From the NCBI GenBank assembly GCA_036679645.1, contig JAZDCY010000013.1:48419-112418 (forward strand): a stretch of DNA of 64,000 nt. Direction: 5' to 3'. A model generated the notes under the pieces. The model was given only the letters and a program-made list of their open reading frames with translations. It was not told the origin of the DNA and searched no databases. The translations under genes were made by a program, and so were the position numbers. Positions 49,800 to 59,935 of the stretch are shown here, in pieces (position 1 is the first letter of the stretch; the number at the start of each line of letters is the position of its first letter). Source of the DNA: Gemmatimonadota bacterium. Lineage in GTDB: Bacteria > Gemmatimonadota > Gemmatimonadetes > Gemmatimonadales > GWC2-71-9.

Positions 49800-50972
49800 T
49801 CAGCCGATCGCGATCCCCATCAGGAATCCGACGAGGAGCGCCACGCCGCTAACGACGACGACGAGGGTGCGGTGCACACCCGAGGAGCCCTCACGGTACG
49901 CGGTCAACTGCCGCGTGCTGCGGAACGTCACCATCTCGAGGGCGCTCTGCAGCTCCTTTGCGGTAGAGAACCGATCCCAAGGATCTTTTTCCAAGCATCG
50001 CATGAGTGCATCCGCGAACTCCTTTGGAATCGTGGGGTTGATGTCGCGGATGGGTACCGGGGCCTCCCCGACGTGCTTCTCGAGAATCTCCGTGGCGTTG
50101 CCACCGCTGAACGGGGGCCGCCCCATGAGCATGCGGTATCCGAGGGCGCCCAGTGAATAGATGTCCGACCGGTGGTCGATGTCCGGCAGTCCGCGGGCCT
50201 GCTCCGGCGACATGTACTCGGGGGTCCCCACCACCGGTCCTTCCGACGCTTCCGGGACCTCCGCGGTGAGGGCAACTGCGGTCCCGAAATCCATCAACAG
50301 CACCTTTTGGAGGTCTCCCTCCAGGAACACGTTGGCCGGTTTGATGTCCAGGTGGACCATGTTGGCCCGATGGGCTGCCGACAGGGCGTCCGTCAGTTCG
50401 CTGAGGATGCGCCTCGACTCGTAGGGCGGCAGTCGGCCCCGGGCCAGCCGAGCCTCGAGGGTCGTCCCCTCGACGTGCGGCATGACGTAGTAGATCAATC
50501 CGCCTCGTTCACGGATGTCGTAGATCGGCACGATCGCGGGGTGCCGGAGCTTGGCCAGAGCGATGCCTTCGTTCCGGAAGCTCTCCATGAACAGCTTCGT
50601 CCCGATCAGATTGGGCCGAATGACCTTGATGGCGACGTCCCGATCGAGTCGCCGGTCTCGTGCCTTGTACACGCGGGCGAAACCGCCCTGGCCGAGCAAG
50701 GAGAGAATCTCGTACTCCTCGCTCACTAGCTCGCTGAACCAGGAATTGAAGGCGGTCCGCGAGACTGGCGGCGGCGATTCCGGCACCTTCTTGGGGACGG
50801 CCACTTCTCGATCGGCGCCCCGCGAATCGCCGACTTCGGAGCCTGCTCCCAAGACAACCGTGGCTTCGGGATCGACGTTGACGGGCGTCGGCGCGCCGCA
50901 CGTGGGACAAAACTGGTGGTCCCGGCCCAGAGGCCCGTCGCAGCCGGTACAGCGTGGGGTGAAGTCGCTCAT
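49800..50972 (-). CDS. Zinc-ribbon Ser/Thr protein kinase with C-terminal TM helix
   Basis: CTGC..CPTC; GQGGFA, VAIK, HLDIKPAN, DFG and SPE motifs; terminal TM segment. Confidence 0.9.
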   Translation of the reverse strand: MSDFTPRCTGCDGPLGRDHQFCPTCGAPTPVNVDPEATVVLGAGSEVGDSRGADREVAVPKKVPESPPPVSRTAFNSWFSELVSEEYEILSLLGQGGFARVYKARDRRLDRDVAIKVIRPNLIGTKLFMESFRNEGIALAKLRHPAIVPIYDIRERGGLIYYVMPHVEGTTLEARLARGRLPPYESRRILSELTDALSAAHRANMVHLDIKPANVFLEGDLQKVLLMDFGTAVALTAEVPEASEGPVVGTPEYMSPEQARGLPDIDHRSDIYSLGALGYRMLMGRPPFSGGNATEILEKHVGEAPVPIRDINPTIPKEFADALMRCLEKDPWDRFSTAKELQSALEMVTFRSTRQLTAYREGSSGVHRTLVVVVSGVALLVGFLMGIAIG

Positions 50973-51093
50973 GCTTCCAAATGAAACCTCGGGGCAGTCG
51001 GACCAGCGTCCTAGTTGACGGTACCATCACGTGCAGGAACGTGAGCACAAGATCTTGGTCACGGCATGGCACCGCTAGGGTGCCACCCGCCGA

Positions 51094-51132
51094 GGTGTTC
51101 TCCGGTTTCGTGTCACGGAGGACGATGTCATG
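51094..51132 (-). pseudogene. Kinase catalytic-loop remnant
   Basis: Reads HDIVLRDTKPENT, compared with VIHRDIKPENI. Confidence 0.55.
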
Positions 51133-51212
51133 TGGAGGGGAGTGCGATGCCCCATGGACGAGGACGTGATACCGAGGCTTGTCTTTGGACCGATATTTAC
51201 GTTGCAGTTAGT

Positions 51213-51226
51213 TGCCAATTATGGCA
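51213..51226 (+). promoter_or_regulatory. Palindromic operator upstream of abiEi
   Basis: TGCCA-ATTA-TGGCA ending 9 nt before the ATG. Confidence 0.55.
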
Positions 51227-51235
51227 TTTTCTGCC

Positions 51236-51877
51236 ATGAAATTTGCGAAACTCCTGGACACAGTCGGAGACCTGCCGCTGTTCCGTGGCAGCCTCCTCCT
51301 GGCGGGCGACGTGGACCCAGCGGACGTGAGGCGGCAACTCGCCCGGTGGAAGGCGTCCGGCAAGGTACTCCAGCTGCGCCGCAACCTTTACGTCCTCGCC
51401 CCCCCGTGGCGACGCGTCCAGCCTCATCCGTTCTTGATTGCCAACGAACTCCAGCGTCCCTCCTATGTGAGCCTCCAGTCCGCCTTGGCCCACTACGGTA
51501 TGATTCCGGAAGCCGTTCCGGTGACCACGTCCGTCACCACAGGCCGTCCGTTCCGATGCGAGACGCCGCTCGGCCAATACATCTATCGTCACATCGCTCC
51601 GCCCGCCTTCTTCGGATACGGCCAAGTGCCCGTGCTACGCGACCAGCATGCTCTCGTCGCGGACGCCGCCAAGGCACTGCTCGATCTGGTGTATCTGACA
51701 CCGGGCGGGGAATCCCCGGAGCACCTGAGATCGCTCCGCCTGGAAGATCTCAGTACCATCCCGCGGCAATCGTTGTGCGACCACGCCCGCCGATGGGGCA
51801 AGCCCAAGGTCAGCAGGGCGATTGCACGCATCGTGGGGATGCAGGAAGCGGTTACGGCAGAGGACGTTCGCTCGTGA
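51236..51877 (+). CDS. abiEi: Type IV TA antitoxin (AbiEi-like)
   Basis: wHTH QLARW..SGKVLQLRRNLY; PSYVSLQSALAHYGMIPE; KALLD.VY. Confidence 0.85.
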   Translation: MKFAKLLDTVGDLPLFRGSLLLAGDVDPADVRRQLARWKASGKVLQLRRNLYVLAPPWRRVQPHPFLIANELQRPSYVSLQSALAHYGMIPEAVPVTTSVTTGRPFRCETPLGQYIYRHIAPPAFFGYGQVPVLRDQHALVADAAKALLDLVYLTPGGESPEHLRSLRLEDLSTIPRQSLCDHARRWGKPKVSRAIARIVGMQEAVTAEDVRS

Positions 51878-52695
51878 GGGAGCAACTGCTCGACATCGTG
51901 CGGCGTACCGAGAACCCCGTACTCGGTCGGAACCTGGCGCGCGAATACCTCCAGGCGCGGCTCCTGCTGGCCCTCCAGGAAGCAGGGGCCATGATTCCTC
52001 TGGCGTTCCAGGGCGGCACGGCCTTGCGGTTCCTTTTTGGCCTGCCGCGTTTCTCGGAGGATTTGGATTTCGCCCTCCAGCGATTCCACCGCGGCGGTTT
52101 CGACTTCGCGAGGACGGGTGAACGCGTGACCGCGCAACTCAGGAGCGAAGGTTACGAACTCGTGACGAGACGCAAGACCGGGCACGTGATCGAGAGCCTC
52201 ATGATCGGCTTCACCGGACTGTTGCACGAGGCGGGGCTCTCACCTCGCGCTTCGCAGCGGATGAGCATTCGGATCGAGGTCGATACGAAACCGCCGGCGG
52301 GGGCGCATCTCGCAACCAGCATCGTGCGTCGCCACGCGCTGCTCAACGTGCAGCACCACGACCGTGCCTCTCTACTCGCCGGGAAATTGCACGCGATTCT
52401 CCAGCGCGCCTGGGCCAAGGGTCGTGACCTCTTCGACCTGTTCTGGTACCTGAGCGATGCGAGGTGGCCGGGTCCCAACCTCCTTTTGCTGAACAACGCG
52501 CTGCGGCAAACGGGGTGGGAAGGGCCTTCGCTGGATGAGTCGACGTGGAGATCGGTGATTCGCGACCGGGTCGCATCGGTGGACTGGAAGACTGCGGAGC
52601 GAGACGTGGCGCCGTTCCTCGAGCCGGATCCCGCCGTCCGCCTCTTCGGGAAGCAGCGTCTGCTGGAACTGCTGGACGCTTCGCGTGCGACGTAG
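51874..52695 (+). CDS. abiEii: Type IV TA nucleotidyltransferase toxin (AbiEii-like)
   Basis: FQGGTALR...RFSEDLDF and K..A..R...RDLFDL; GTGA overlap with the antitoxin. Confidence 0.88.
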   Translation: MREQLLDIVRRTENPVLGRNLAREYLQARLLLALQEAGAMIPLAFQGGTALRFLFGLPRFSEDLDFALQRFHRGGFDFARTGERVTAQLRSEGYELVTRRKTGHVIESLMIGFTGLLHEAGLSPRASQRMSIRIEVDTKPPAGAHLATSIVRRHALLNVQHHDRASLLAGKLHAILQRAWAKGRDLFDLFWYLSDARWPGPNLLLLNNALRQTGWEGPSLDESTWRSVIRDRVASVDWKTAERDVAPFLEPDPAVRLFGKQRLLELLDASRAT

Positions 52696-52904
52696 CCCTG
52701 GCGTTCCCGTCACCCGCCCTATCCGCTTTCGACCACGCCCGCAGCGCGCTACCCCTTCGGCCGCAGCAACCTGCTGGAACGGCGGGTAGTCACGAAGGGA
52801 CTCCAGGGTAGCCGCAAATCTACGTCCCGAAATGGTACACGAAGGACAACAACGGAATCGGGAAGCCTTTAAGCTCTTGTCCTCCTCACCGAACGTCCCC
52901 ACAG

Positions 52905-53313
52905 ACGTCGCTCGCAATGCTGGTGGCATCGTCGATCGTGAGTTGCTTCTCCCGATTCAGACGATCCCGGAAGGTTTCGCCCTCCACATACGGCATGACG
53001 TAATACAAGAACCCGCCGGCTTCGCCGGAATCATAGAGCGCGAGAAGGTGGGGATGGTGGAGATTGGCGGCGACCTGGATCTCCCGGAGGAACCGCTCCC
53101 AGGGGATGGCGGTGGCCAGCTCGGGCCTCAGCACCTTGAGCGCGACCCTGCGTTGGTGCTTCAGATCGTCCGCCAGAAAACCCCACTCCCGCCCTCACTC
53201 CCCACGATCGGATCGGGCCGTCATTGGCACGTGAAGCGACCGTCATCTGACCGTCATCTGAAAGAGGGTTCGCGTAGAGGCGGCGGTCGGCGAGTGTGGT
53301 TAATTTCGGGCAT
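52905..53313 (-). pseudogene. Degenerate kinase gene, 5' part
   Basis: ATG CCC GAA ATT...LADR at 53313; ~100 bp of unrelated sequence replaces the Gly loop; then FLADDLKHQRRVALKVLRPE...TSIASDV. Confidence 0.8.
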
Positions 53314-53317
53314 GGGG

Positions 53318-53386
53318 GCCAAACATAGGGTTCGTCCTGGCGACCGGCGAGTAACGTCACCGCAACATGGCACCCTACTGGCACAC
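53318..53386 (-). promoter_or_regulatory. Kinase promoter copy 3 plus TGGCAC direct-repeat pair
   Basis: gccaaacatagggttcg..cgaccggcgagtaac and tggcaccctactggcacac (53368-53386). Confidence 0.7.
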
Positions 53387-53458
53387 GAGCGCAAAGACTG
53401 AGCGGCGGGGGGCTTTGAACTTCCTAGCCTCCGGCATCGCGTGTGGAGAGGGTTTCCG

Positions 53459-54421
53459 ATGAGTGCTCGGATCCTGAATGAGACAGAATTGCGGCAGGCG
53501 GTCGGCATCAATGACGAAGCCCTCGCGGCTGTCGAGGCGGCGTTCAGTTGGCTGCAACAGGATCGAGTCAGCATGCCGCCGATCATGCACATCTCTGCGA
53601 AGGACCAAAACGGCGACATCGATGTAAAGAGCGCCTACGTAAAAGGTATGCCGTATATCGCCATCAAGATCGCTTCCGGCTTTTACGACAATCCGGCGAA
53701 GGGGTTGCCGGCGGGCAGCGCCATGATGGTATTGCTGAACGCAGAGACCGGTTTTTGCGAAGCAATCCTGCTGGATAACAGCTACCTCACCGACTTGCGG
53801 ACCGGCCTTGCCGGAGCCGTAGCCGCCAAATACTTGGCGCCATCTGCTGTCGATACCGTCGGCGTTATCGGCACCGGCGTGCAAGCGCGCTACCAAGTGG
53901 AATGTCTGGCGCTACTACGAGAGTTCAAGAGCGTACTGGTGTGGGGTCGGTCCCGGGAGAAAGCGCAGACATACGCCGCCGAAATGACCGCGACGCATGG
54001 TCTAGACGTTCGGGTCAGTGATTCGCCTAGTGATGTTGTCGCGGCCAGTCAGGTTGTGATTACAGCAACCGCCAGCGACCGGCCACTGATCACGGCCGAT
54101 GACCTGCATGCGGGCCTGCATATCACCGCGGTCGGTGCCGACTTCCCCGGTAAGCAGGAGCTGGATTCAGAGCTGTTGTTGAAGGCGGACAAACTGGTCT
54201 GCGACACCCTGTCACAATGTCGTGCCAATGGGGAAGTTCAGCATCTGTTGCAGGATGGCGAACTCCCCGCCGGTCTCGACATCATCGAGTTGGGAGAACT
54301 GACCATCGGTGCGCGGAAGGGACGTGCGGCGGATGACGAAATCACCATTTGCGACCTGACCGGAACGGGCGTGCAGGACACCGCGATCGCCAATCTCGCG
54401 TATAAAGCTGCGACGCAATAA
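53459..54421 (+). CDS. Ornithine cyclodeaminase/mu-crystallin family protein (EutC-like)
   Basis: KIASGFYDN, LTDLRT, GTGVQA, GAD..K.E and DLTGTGVQD motifs. Confidence 0.9.
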   Translation: MSARILNETELRQAVGINDEALAAVEAAFSWLQQDRVSMPPIMHISAKDQNGDIDVKSAYVKGMPYIAIKIASGFYDNPAKGLPAGSAMMVLLNAETGFCEAILLDNSYLTDLRTGLAGAVAAKYLAPSAVDTVGVIGTGVQARYQVECLALLREFKSVLVWGRSREKAQTYAAEMTATHGLDVRVSDSPSDVVAASQVVITATASDRPLITADDLHAGLHITAVGADFPGKQELDSELLLKADKLVCDTLSQCRANGEVQHLLQDGELPAGLDIIELGELTIGARKGRAADDEITICDLTGTGVQDTAIANLAYKAATQ

Positions 54422-54469
54422 GTCACCGTTTTCGCGCGGTCGACATCTACTCCTTGGCCCTCTTGTTGT

Positions 54470-55447
54470 TCAACACCGAATGATCCGTTTGAACACTTCC
54501 AGATCGACGTTTCGTCCGCAGACGACGGCCACAACTTTCTTCCCCTTGAATCGCTCTCTCCGTTTGAGAAGACCCCCAACACCCAAGGCTCCCGAACCTT
54601 CGACCACCAGGCGATGCTGCTCGAAGAGAAGGCGAATGGATTCCTCGATCTCTGACTCGCTGAGCAAAACAATTTCCTCCACGTATCGCTGACATAGCTC
54701 TAGAGTGATGCTGTCCAGATCCACGCCGCCACCGCAGGTGTCAGCAAGCGTTGGATAGGTTTCCATCTCGACCATCTTCTTGGCCCGCATGGACTCATAC
54801 ATTACTGGGGAATTCTCGGGGGAGACGCCGAAGGCCTGTACGTTGGGGTTATGGCACTTCAGCCACCCCGCCGACCCGGTCAGCAAGCCCCCCGCTCCGC
54901 AAGCGAAGAGGGCTGCGTCCAGATCGGGGAGTTGCTTGGAGATCTCGTACCCGCACGTGCCTTGTCCGCCGATCACGATGGGGTCGTTGTAGGGTGACAC
55001 ATAGATCTTGTCTTCCTCCCCCGCAACCCGTCTGGCCTCCCTCTCCGCGTCCCAGGCACGTTCGCCGTGAATGACCAGATCCAAGCCATGGGCCCGCAAC
55101 AGCTCCAGACGCGACGGCTCGATATCCTCGGCCACGTAGATTGTGGCGCGGCGTTTTCGAATTCCCACTGCCTCGGCAACCGCCAAGGCGTAGTTCCCTG
55201 TCGAGGCGGAGACGACCCCCTTGTCGAGTTCAGACTCGGTGAGTGAGAGGATCTTGTTGAGGGCTCCACGGAACTTGAAGGAAGAGGTTCGTTGCATCGA
55301 GTCCAACTTGAGCCAGACCTCGCCCTCGATCTCCTCGCTCAGATACATCGAGTATTCGAGAGGAGTGGGTGAAAGGTGGCCCTTGCATCTTTCGTTGGCT
55401 TCCAGGACCAATTGCGGCACGTCCAAGGGTTGTTCACCGGTCGTCAC
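54470..55447 (-). CDS. PLP-dependent threonine/serine dehydratase family protein
   Basis: SFKFRGA, ASTGN, GQGT, GAGGL and CGRN motifs. Confidence 0.9.
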   Translation of the reverse strand: MTTGEQPLDVPQLVLEANERCKGHLSPTPLEYSMYLSEEIEGEVWLKLDSMQRTSSFKFRGALNKILSLTESELDKGVVSASTGNYALAVAEAVGIRKRRATIYVAEDIEPSRLELLRAHGLDLVIHGERAWDAEREARRVAGEEDKIYVSPYNDPIVIGGQGTCGYEISKQLPDLDAALFACGAGGLLTGSAGWLKCHNPNVQAFGVSPENSPVMYESMRAKKMVEMETYPTLADTCGGGVDLDSITLELCQRYVEEIVLLSESEIEESIRLLFEQHRLVVEGSGALGVGGLLKRRERFKGKKVVAVVCGRNVDLEVFKRIIRC

Positions 55448-55519
55448 GATCGTTCCCTCACTCGCGGAGGTGCGTCACCGAGAACATTCGCCTTCTTCGC
55501 GACTCGGCGACCGGTGCGC

Positions 55520-56177
55520 CTAACAAACGCTTCCGAGCGCGACGCGAACGGCTTCGCCGCTGACGCCGCTCGACTCTTCCGACGCGAAGAAAGCGATCAT
55601 CTCGGCGACCTCCTGAGGCGTGGCGACGCGGCCCGGTGGATACAGGGCAGCCCGGTCCTGCCATAATGCCGTGCGTGCCCGCGTCCTGTGCTATCGATCG
55701 CATCAATCCGATTAATCCGTGTTTGGCTACCGTGTATGCGCTTCCCGCGTATTCGGCGACCAGGCCGGCCGTCGAACTGGTGTAGACGAGACGTCCGTAG
55801 CTGCGTTCGACCATGCCGCGCAGCACCAACCGCGAGAGGTGAAAGGGTCCGTCGAGGTTGATCTGCATCGTCTCGCTCCAGACCTTCGGATCCTGCTCCC
55901 AGATCACCCGCTCGTGGGCCGAGCCGATACCGTGATTGCAGACGAGGATGTCGATCGGTCCCAAGCAGCGCTCGGTTTCCGCTACGGCAAGCGCACAACC
56001 ATCGGGCGTACCGAGATCCGCTACCGTGTACTCGAGACCGAGCGCGGCCAACTCCTGTTCGCTGCGCGAGATGCCCATGACCCGAGCGCCACGCGCCGCC
56101 AGCAGCTCCGCGACCGCGCGCCCAATGCCTCTGCCTGCGCCCGTGACGAGCGCGATCCGGCCCTCGACTCCTGCCAT
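55520..56177 (-). pseudogene. SDR oxidoreductase with internal deletion and frameshift near 55664
   Basis: TGAGRGIG and YTVAK present; the NAxxPG segment is missing; the C-terminus GRVATPQEVA...SGVSGEAVRV is in another frame. Confidence 0.8.
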
Positions 56178-56434
56178 ACTCCGAACCTCCATTGTGTGCG
56201 AGACATCCACTCCAAGTAGTCTAGCACTCACGATCACCGCCGGAGGGGATGGACGGTGTTCGGAGAAGCACGACTCAAACGATCAGGCTGCCAATATGTA
56301 CTATAGACAATCCGGCGGACAAAGAAGTTGGCGAGCAAGGAACGGCTAAGGGACCGTGCTGGTCGGCTCGTGTCTGGCAGGGTTATTCTTGCTGCTGTGC
56401 GTGGAACTACTGACCCCTCAGCGAGGACGTCGTC

Positions 56435-58312
56435 ATGCTTGCGTCGCTTCTTGTCATTGCCGCCCTGCAGTCTGCCACTCAGCAGGTGCAGGACACGTCG
56501 CCCTTCCGGGCGCTCGACCTGCCCGCGCCCAACGCCTACCGCGCCGCCGACGGCCGCCCGGGGCCCGACTACTGGCAGCAACGCGTGGACTACCAGATTG
56601 CGGCGACCCTCGATCCCGCGACCCAGGTACTCACCGGAACCGAGACGATCCGCTACGGGAACAACTCGCCGCACGCGCTGCCTTATCTGTGGATCTTGCT
56701 CGACCAGAACATCTGCGACCCGGGAAGTATCACGAATCAATTGAATCAGCCGCCGCTCGTGTTCGAGGACGTTACGTTCGATTTCTCGTGTCAGGGGTTC
56801 GAGGGCGGCATCACGCTGCGGCACCTGCGTAGCGGAGGCGCCGACCTGGCGCACTCGGTCTACGGCACGACGATGCGAGTGGAATTGCCGGCGCCGCTGC
56901 AGCCGGGCGCTACGTTCTCCCTCGAGATCGGCTGGACCTTCCGCGTACCCGAGATGGGAGCCGGCCGCATGGGTCGTGACGGGACGCTGTACGAGATCGC
57001 CTGGTGGTATCCGCGGATGGTCGTGTACGACGACGTGCGCGGCTGGAACCACGATCCTTTCATCGGCGGGGGCGAATTCTACCTCGAGTACGGCGGGTTC
57101 GACGTCACGATCGAGCTCCCCGCGGACTACGTCGTGGCCGCGACGGGCGTGCTCCAGAACCCGGCGGACGTGCTGACGGCGGTGCAGCGTGAGCGGCTTG
57201 CCCGTGCGGTGCGGTCCAGCACGCCGGTGGCCATCATAGCGGCGGACGAGGCCGGATCACCGCAGACGCGACCTACGCGAGGCGGTACGCGCTCCTGGCA
57301 CTTCGTGGCCGACAGCGTGCGCGACTTCGCCTTTGCCGCCGCTCCCAACTTCCGCTGGGATGCCGTCGGCTGGGACGGCATCCTCATCGAGACACTCTAC
57401 CGGCCTGGGGCGGCGGGCTGGGAGGAGGCCATCCGCATGGCGGAGCATGCCATCCGCCACTTCAGCGAACGGGTGTACCGCTATCCATACCCGCATGCCA
57501 CCACCATCGAGGGACCGATAGCCGGGATGGAATACCCGATGCTCACGTTCGTCGCGGGCACCGATCGGGAGAACCTCTACTTCACCTTGATGCACGAGTT
57601 AGGGCATGAGTGGTATCCCATGCTGGTCGGATCGAACGAGCGGTTCTATCCGTGGATGGACGAAGGATTCAACATGTTCATCGACATCGGTGCCACCGAG
57701 GACTACTTCCGCGGCACGCCGTACGGGGACGGCTACGCGCAGGGGCTGGTGGAGGCCTACCCGCAGCACGCCGTCCCCGGACTCGAGCAGCCGTTGATTA
57801 CCCGCCCGGTGGAGTCACGCGACCTCTGGTCGACCGCGTATACCAAACCCGCGTTGATGTTGAACCTGTTGCGCAGGGAAGTACTGGGCGAGCAGCGATT
57901 CGACGATGCGTTCCGCGCCTATACTCGTGCATGGGCGTTCAAGCATCCCACCCCAGCCGATTTTTTTCGTGTCATGCGAAACGAGACCGGCATGGATCTC
58001 GACTGGTTCTGGCGCGGCTGGATCTACACCACGGCGCGGCTGGATCAGGCCATCGATTCCGTGACCGCCGGCGCCGACGGTCCGGAGATCCACCTCAGCA
58101 ACCGCGGGAGGATGGTGATGCCGGCTGAGCTGGCCGTCACCTTCGCAGACGGGACCCGGGATACGGTCCGGCTGCCAGTGGAGATGTGGAATCTCGGCTC
58201 CCGGTTTACCTACCGGGTGCAAGGCGGCCGTGGGATGCCTACGACTGTCGCACTCGATCCGCGTGCGGTGTATCCAGACGCGGACCGATCCAACAACCGC
58301 TGGCCCCGGTAG
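56435..58312 (+). CDS. M1 family metallo-aminopeptidase, secreted
   Basis: GMEYP, HELGHEW...WMDEG and AYTKP motifs. Confidence 0.92.
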   Translation: MLASLLVIAALQSATQQVQDTSPFRALDLPAPNAYRAADGRPGPDYWQQRVDYQIAATLDPATQVLTGTETIRYGNNSPHALPYLWILLDQNICDPGSITNQLNQPPLVFEDVTFDFSCQGFEGGITLRHLRSGGADLAHSVYGTTMRVELPAPLQPGATFSLEIGWTFRVPEMGAGRMGRDGTLYEIAWWYPRMVVYDDVRGWNHDPFIGGGEFYLEYGGFDVTIELPADYVVAATGVLQNPADVLTAVQRERLARAVRSSTPVAIIAADEAGSPQTRPTRGGTRSWHFVADSVRDFAFAAAPNFRWDAVGWDGILIETLYRPGAAGWEEAIRMAEHAIRHFSERVYRYPYPHATTIEGPIAGMEYPMLTFVAGTDRENLYFTLMHELGHEWYPMLVGSNERFYPWMDEGFNMFIDIGATEDYFRGTPYGDGYAQGLVEAYPQHAVPGLEQPLITRPVESRDLWSTAYTKPALMLNLLRREVLGEQRFDDAFRAYTRAWAFKHPTPADFFRVMRNETGMDLDWFWRGWIYTTARLDQAIDSVTAGADGPEIHLSNRGRMVMPAELAVTFADGTRDTVRLPVEMWNLGSRFTYRVQGGRGMPTTVALDPRAVYPDADRSNNRWPR

Positions 58313-58326
58313 CAATCGGTTCGCGG

Positions 58327-58377
58327 CCCCGCGCCGAGTTCGCGTTCGATTCGGTAGCGGTCGGCGAGGGCGCTGGA
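58327..58377 (-). pseudogene. Kinase N-terminal remnant
   Basis: SSALADRYRIERELGAG, ending in the Gly-rich loop. Confidence 0.75.
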
Positions 58378-58386
58378 CTTCCCCCG

Positions 58387-58406
58387 GGTCGGGACGGCCG
58401 GATTCG
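58387..58406 (-). repeat. tRNA-Pro 3'-end copy (att-like, from the T-loop)
   Basis: cgaatccggccgtcccgac is identical to 63833-63851. Confidence 0.85.
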
Positions 58407-58418
58407 TGACCTCGCCCA

Positions 58419-59816
58419 CTACCGGTTTTCCAGCCCCCGAATCATCTGTACAACGTCTCTGGCGAGTTCGTTGGGTATCGGGATGGTCAGGTGGTACTGC
58501 GTGATTCTCCATTCGTCGACGACGAGGCGCAGGACTCCCGTCCCGCGGGTCTCACCGTAGTTCTCGTTATCCAGAATCTCATCGAACCACGCGACCGAGC
58601 CACTGGGATCGAAGTCGATGTTCCGGCCACCGTCGCGTAGCGCGTAGGTCCAACCCTGTCCGCGCTCGAAGGACGGGTGGGCGTAGGAACGGAATTCCTC
58701 CACTGTCCAACGTTCCGACGCGTCGGTGCCAAAGAACACACCTTCGGGAGCGAACAACGCGAAATAAGATTCCTCGTTGGCAATGGACGCGTTGTGGTGC
58801 AGCGCGTCGAGCACGCTTGAGACGCCGGACGTCGCCTCGGCGCGGTCGAACGCCACCGATTCCCGGTCGCCGGCGTTGGTGCGCGCCACACCGGTTGCCG
58901 TCGCCAGTTCTTCCAGAATGCCGTGCTCGACCAGGAAATCCATGATGGTCGCATACGCACGCATCGACTGCTCAGCGTTGAAGCCACCGTGACCACCACC
59001 GGGGATCGTCACGAGACGGTTCGCCACCCCCGCCGCGTCGAGCGCCTCCTGCAAGCGCGTAGCGTGCGAATAGGGAACGACGCCATCCGCGTCGCCGTGA
59101 ATCGTGATCGTGGGAGGCAATCCGCTCCGGATGTAGGTGAGCGGGGATACCCGCCGGGCGATGGCGTCCCGATCGGGCATGCTGCTGAGCCAAGCCACCG
59201 CATAGCTCTTGGTGTTGGGCCCGTCGATCAGATCGGCCACGTCGGTAATACCGTACCAATTAATGATCGCCGCCACGCTCACGTCGTCGAGCCCGACGCA
59301 CTGCCGATCGAGCCCCGCAGACGCTGGTAGCATCCCGGTCGTCAGCGAAAGGTGCCCACCCGCCGAATGACCGGTCACGACGATGCGACTAGTATCGATA
59401 CCATAGTCGTCGGCGTGCCGTCGTACCCACCGTAACGCGCACCGCGTGTCCTCCACCGCCGCGGGCGCGAGAGAGACGCGACCCAGCCGGTATTGTACGT
59501 TTACAGCAACAAAACCGTTCGCCAGGTAGGGCAGAAGGGCGAAGGCCGACCGCTCCTTGCTTCCCCCAACCCACCCACCGCCGTGGATGTAGATCACCGT
59601 CGGTTGCGGACCTTGCACGCCGCGCGGCTGGTAGATGTCGAGTGTCAGCTGGAAGTTGTTGGCGGTCAGGTAGGGAATATTGGAATGGATACGGTATCCC
59701 CGCCCGAGATCGACGGCCCATTGCGTGCGCTCATCCAATTGAGCGCCGGCAGGGGCTGCAACGACTACAAGCGCGATAGTAACGAGTGCCACCATAGCAT
59801 CAAAACGACGTGTCAT
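58419..59816 (-). CDS. Secreted alpha/beta hydrolase (BD-FAE-like esterase) fused to a SnoaL/NTF2 domain
   Basis: HGGGW, GHSAGG, HGDAD and GGGHG; C-terminal GTDASERW..VAWFDE..RGTGVL. Confidence 0.88.
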   Translation of the reverse strand: MTRRFDAMVALVTIALVVVAAPAGAQLDERTQWAVDLGRGYRIHSNIPYLTANNFQLTLDIYQPRGVQGPQPTVIYIHGGGWVGGSKERSAFALLPYLANGFVAVNVQYRLGRVSLAPAAVEDTRCALRWVRRHADDYGIDTSRIVVTGHSAGGHLSLTTGMLPASAGLDRQCVGLDDVSVAAIINWYGITDVADLIDGPNTKSYAVAWLSSMPDRDAIARRVSPLTYIRSGLPPTITIHGDADGVVPYSHATRLQEALDAAGVANRLVTIPGGGHGGFNAEQSMRAYATIMDFLVEHGILEELATATGVARTNAGDRESVAFDRAEATSGVSSVLDALHHNASIANEESYFALFAPEGVFFGTDASERWTVEEFRSYAHPSFERGQGWTYALRDGGRNIDFDPSGSVAWFDEILDNENYGETRGTGVLRLVVDEWRITQYHLTIPIPNELARDVVQMIRGLENR

Positions 59817-59856
59817 CAGACCTCTCCTGGGGATATCACCTTGTTGTCACTGTCAG

Positions 59857-59931
59857 GCCTTCGCCGAGGCGGCGTTCAATCTGGTAACGGTTAGCTAGGG
59901 CGGTTGAGCGCCTGGCAGTAACGTCAGCCAC
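59857..59931 (-). pseudogene. Kinase N-terminal remnant (25 codons)
   Basis: VADVTARRSTALANRYQIERRLGEG followed by unrelated sequence. Confidence 0.85.
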
Positions 59932-59935
59932 GGTC

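Noticed and set aside
51130..51873. 521-aa extended toxin ORF in the ORF track
   Set aside because: The extension overlaps abiEi in another frame; the real start is the GTG at 51874.
53180..58377. One kinase split by a 5-kb insertion (LGAG at 58327 joining FLADD at 53180)
   Set aside because: The 53180 fragment has its own promoter and start remnant at 53313-53386, so two separate copies is simpler.
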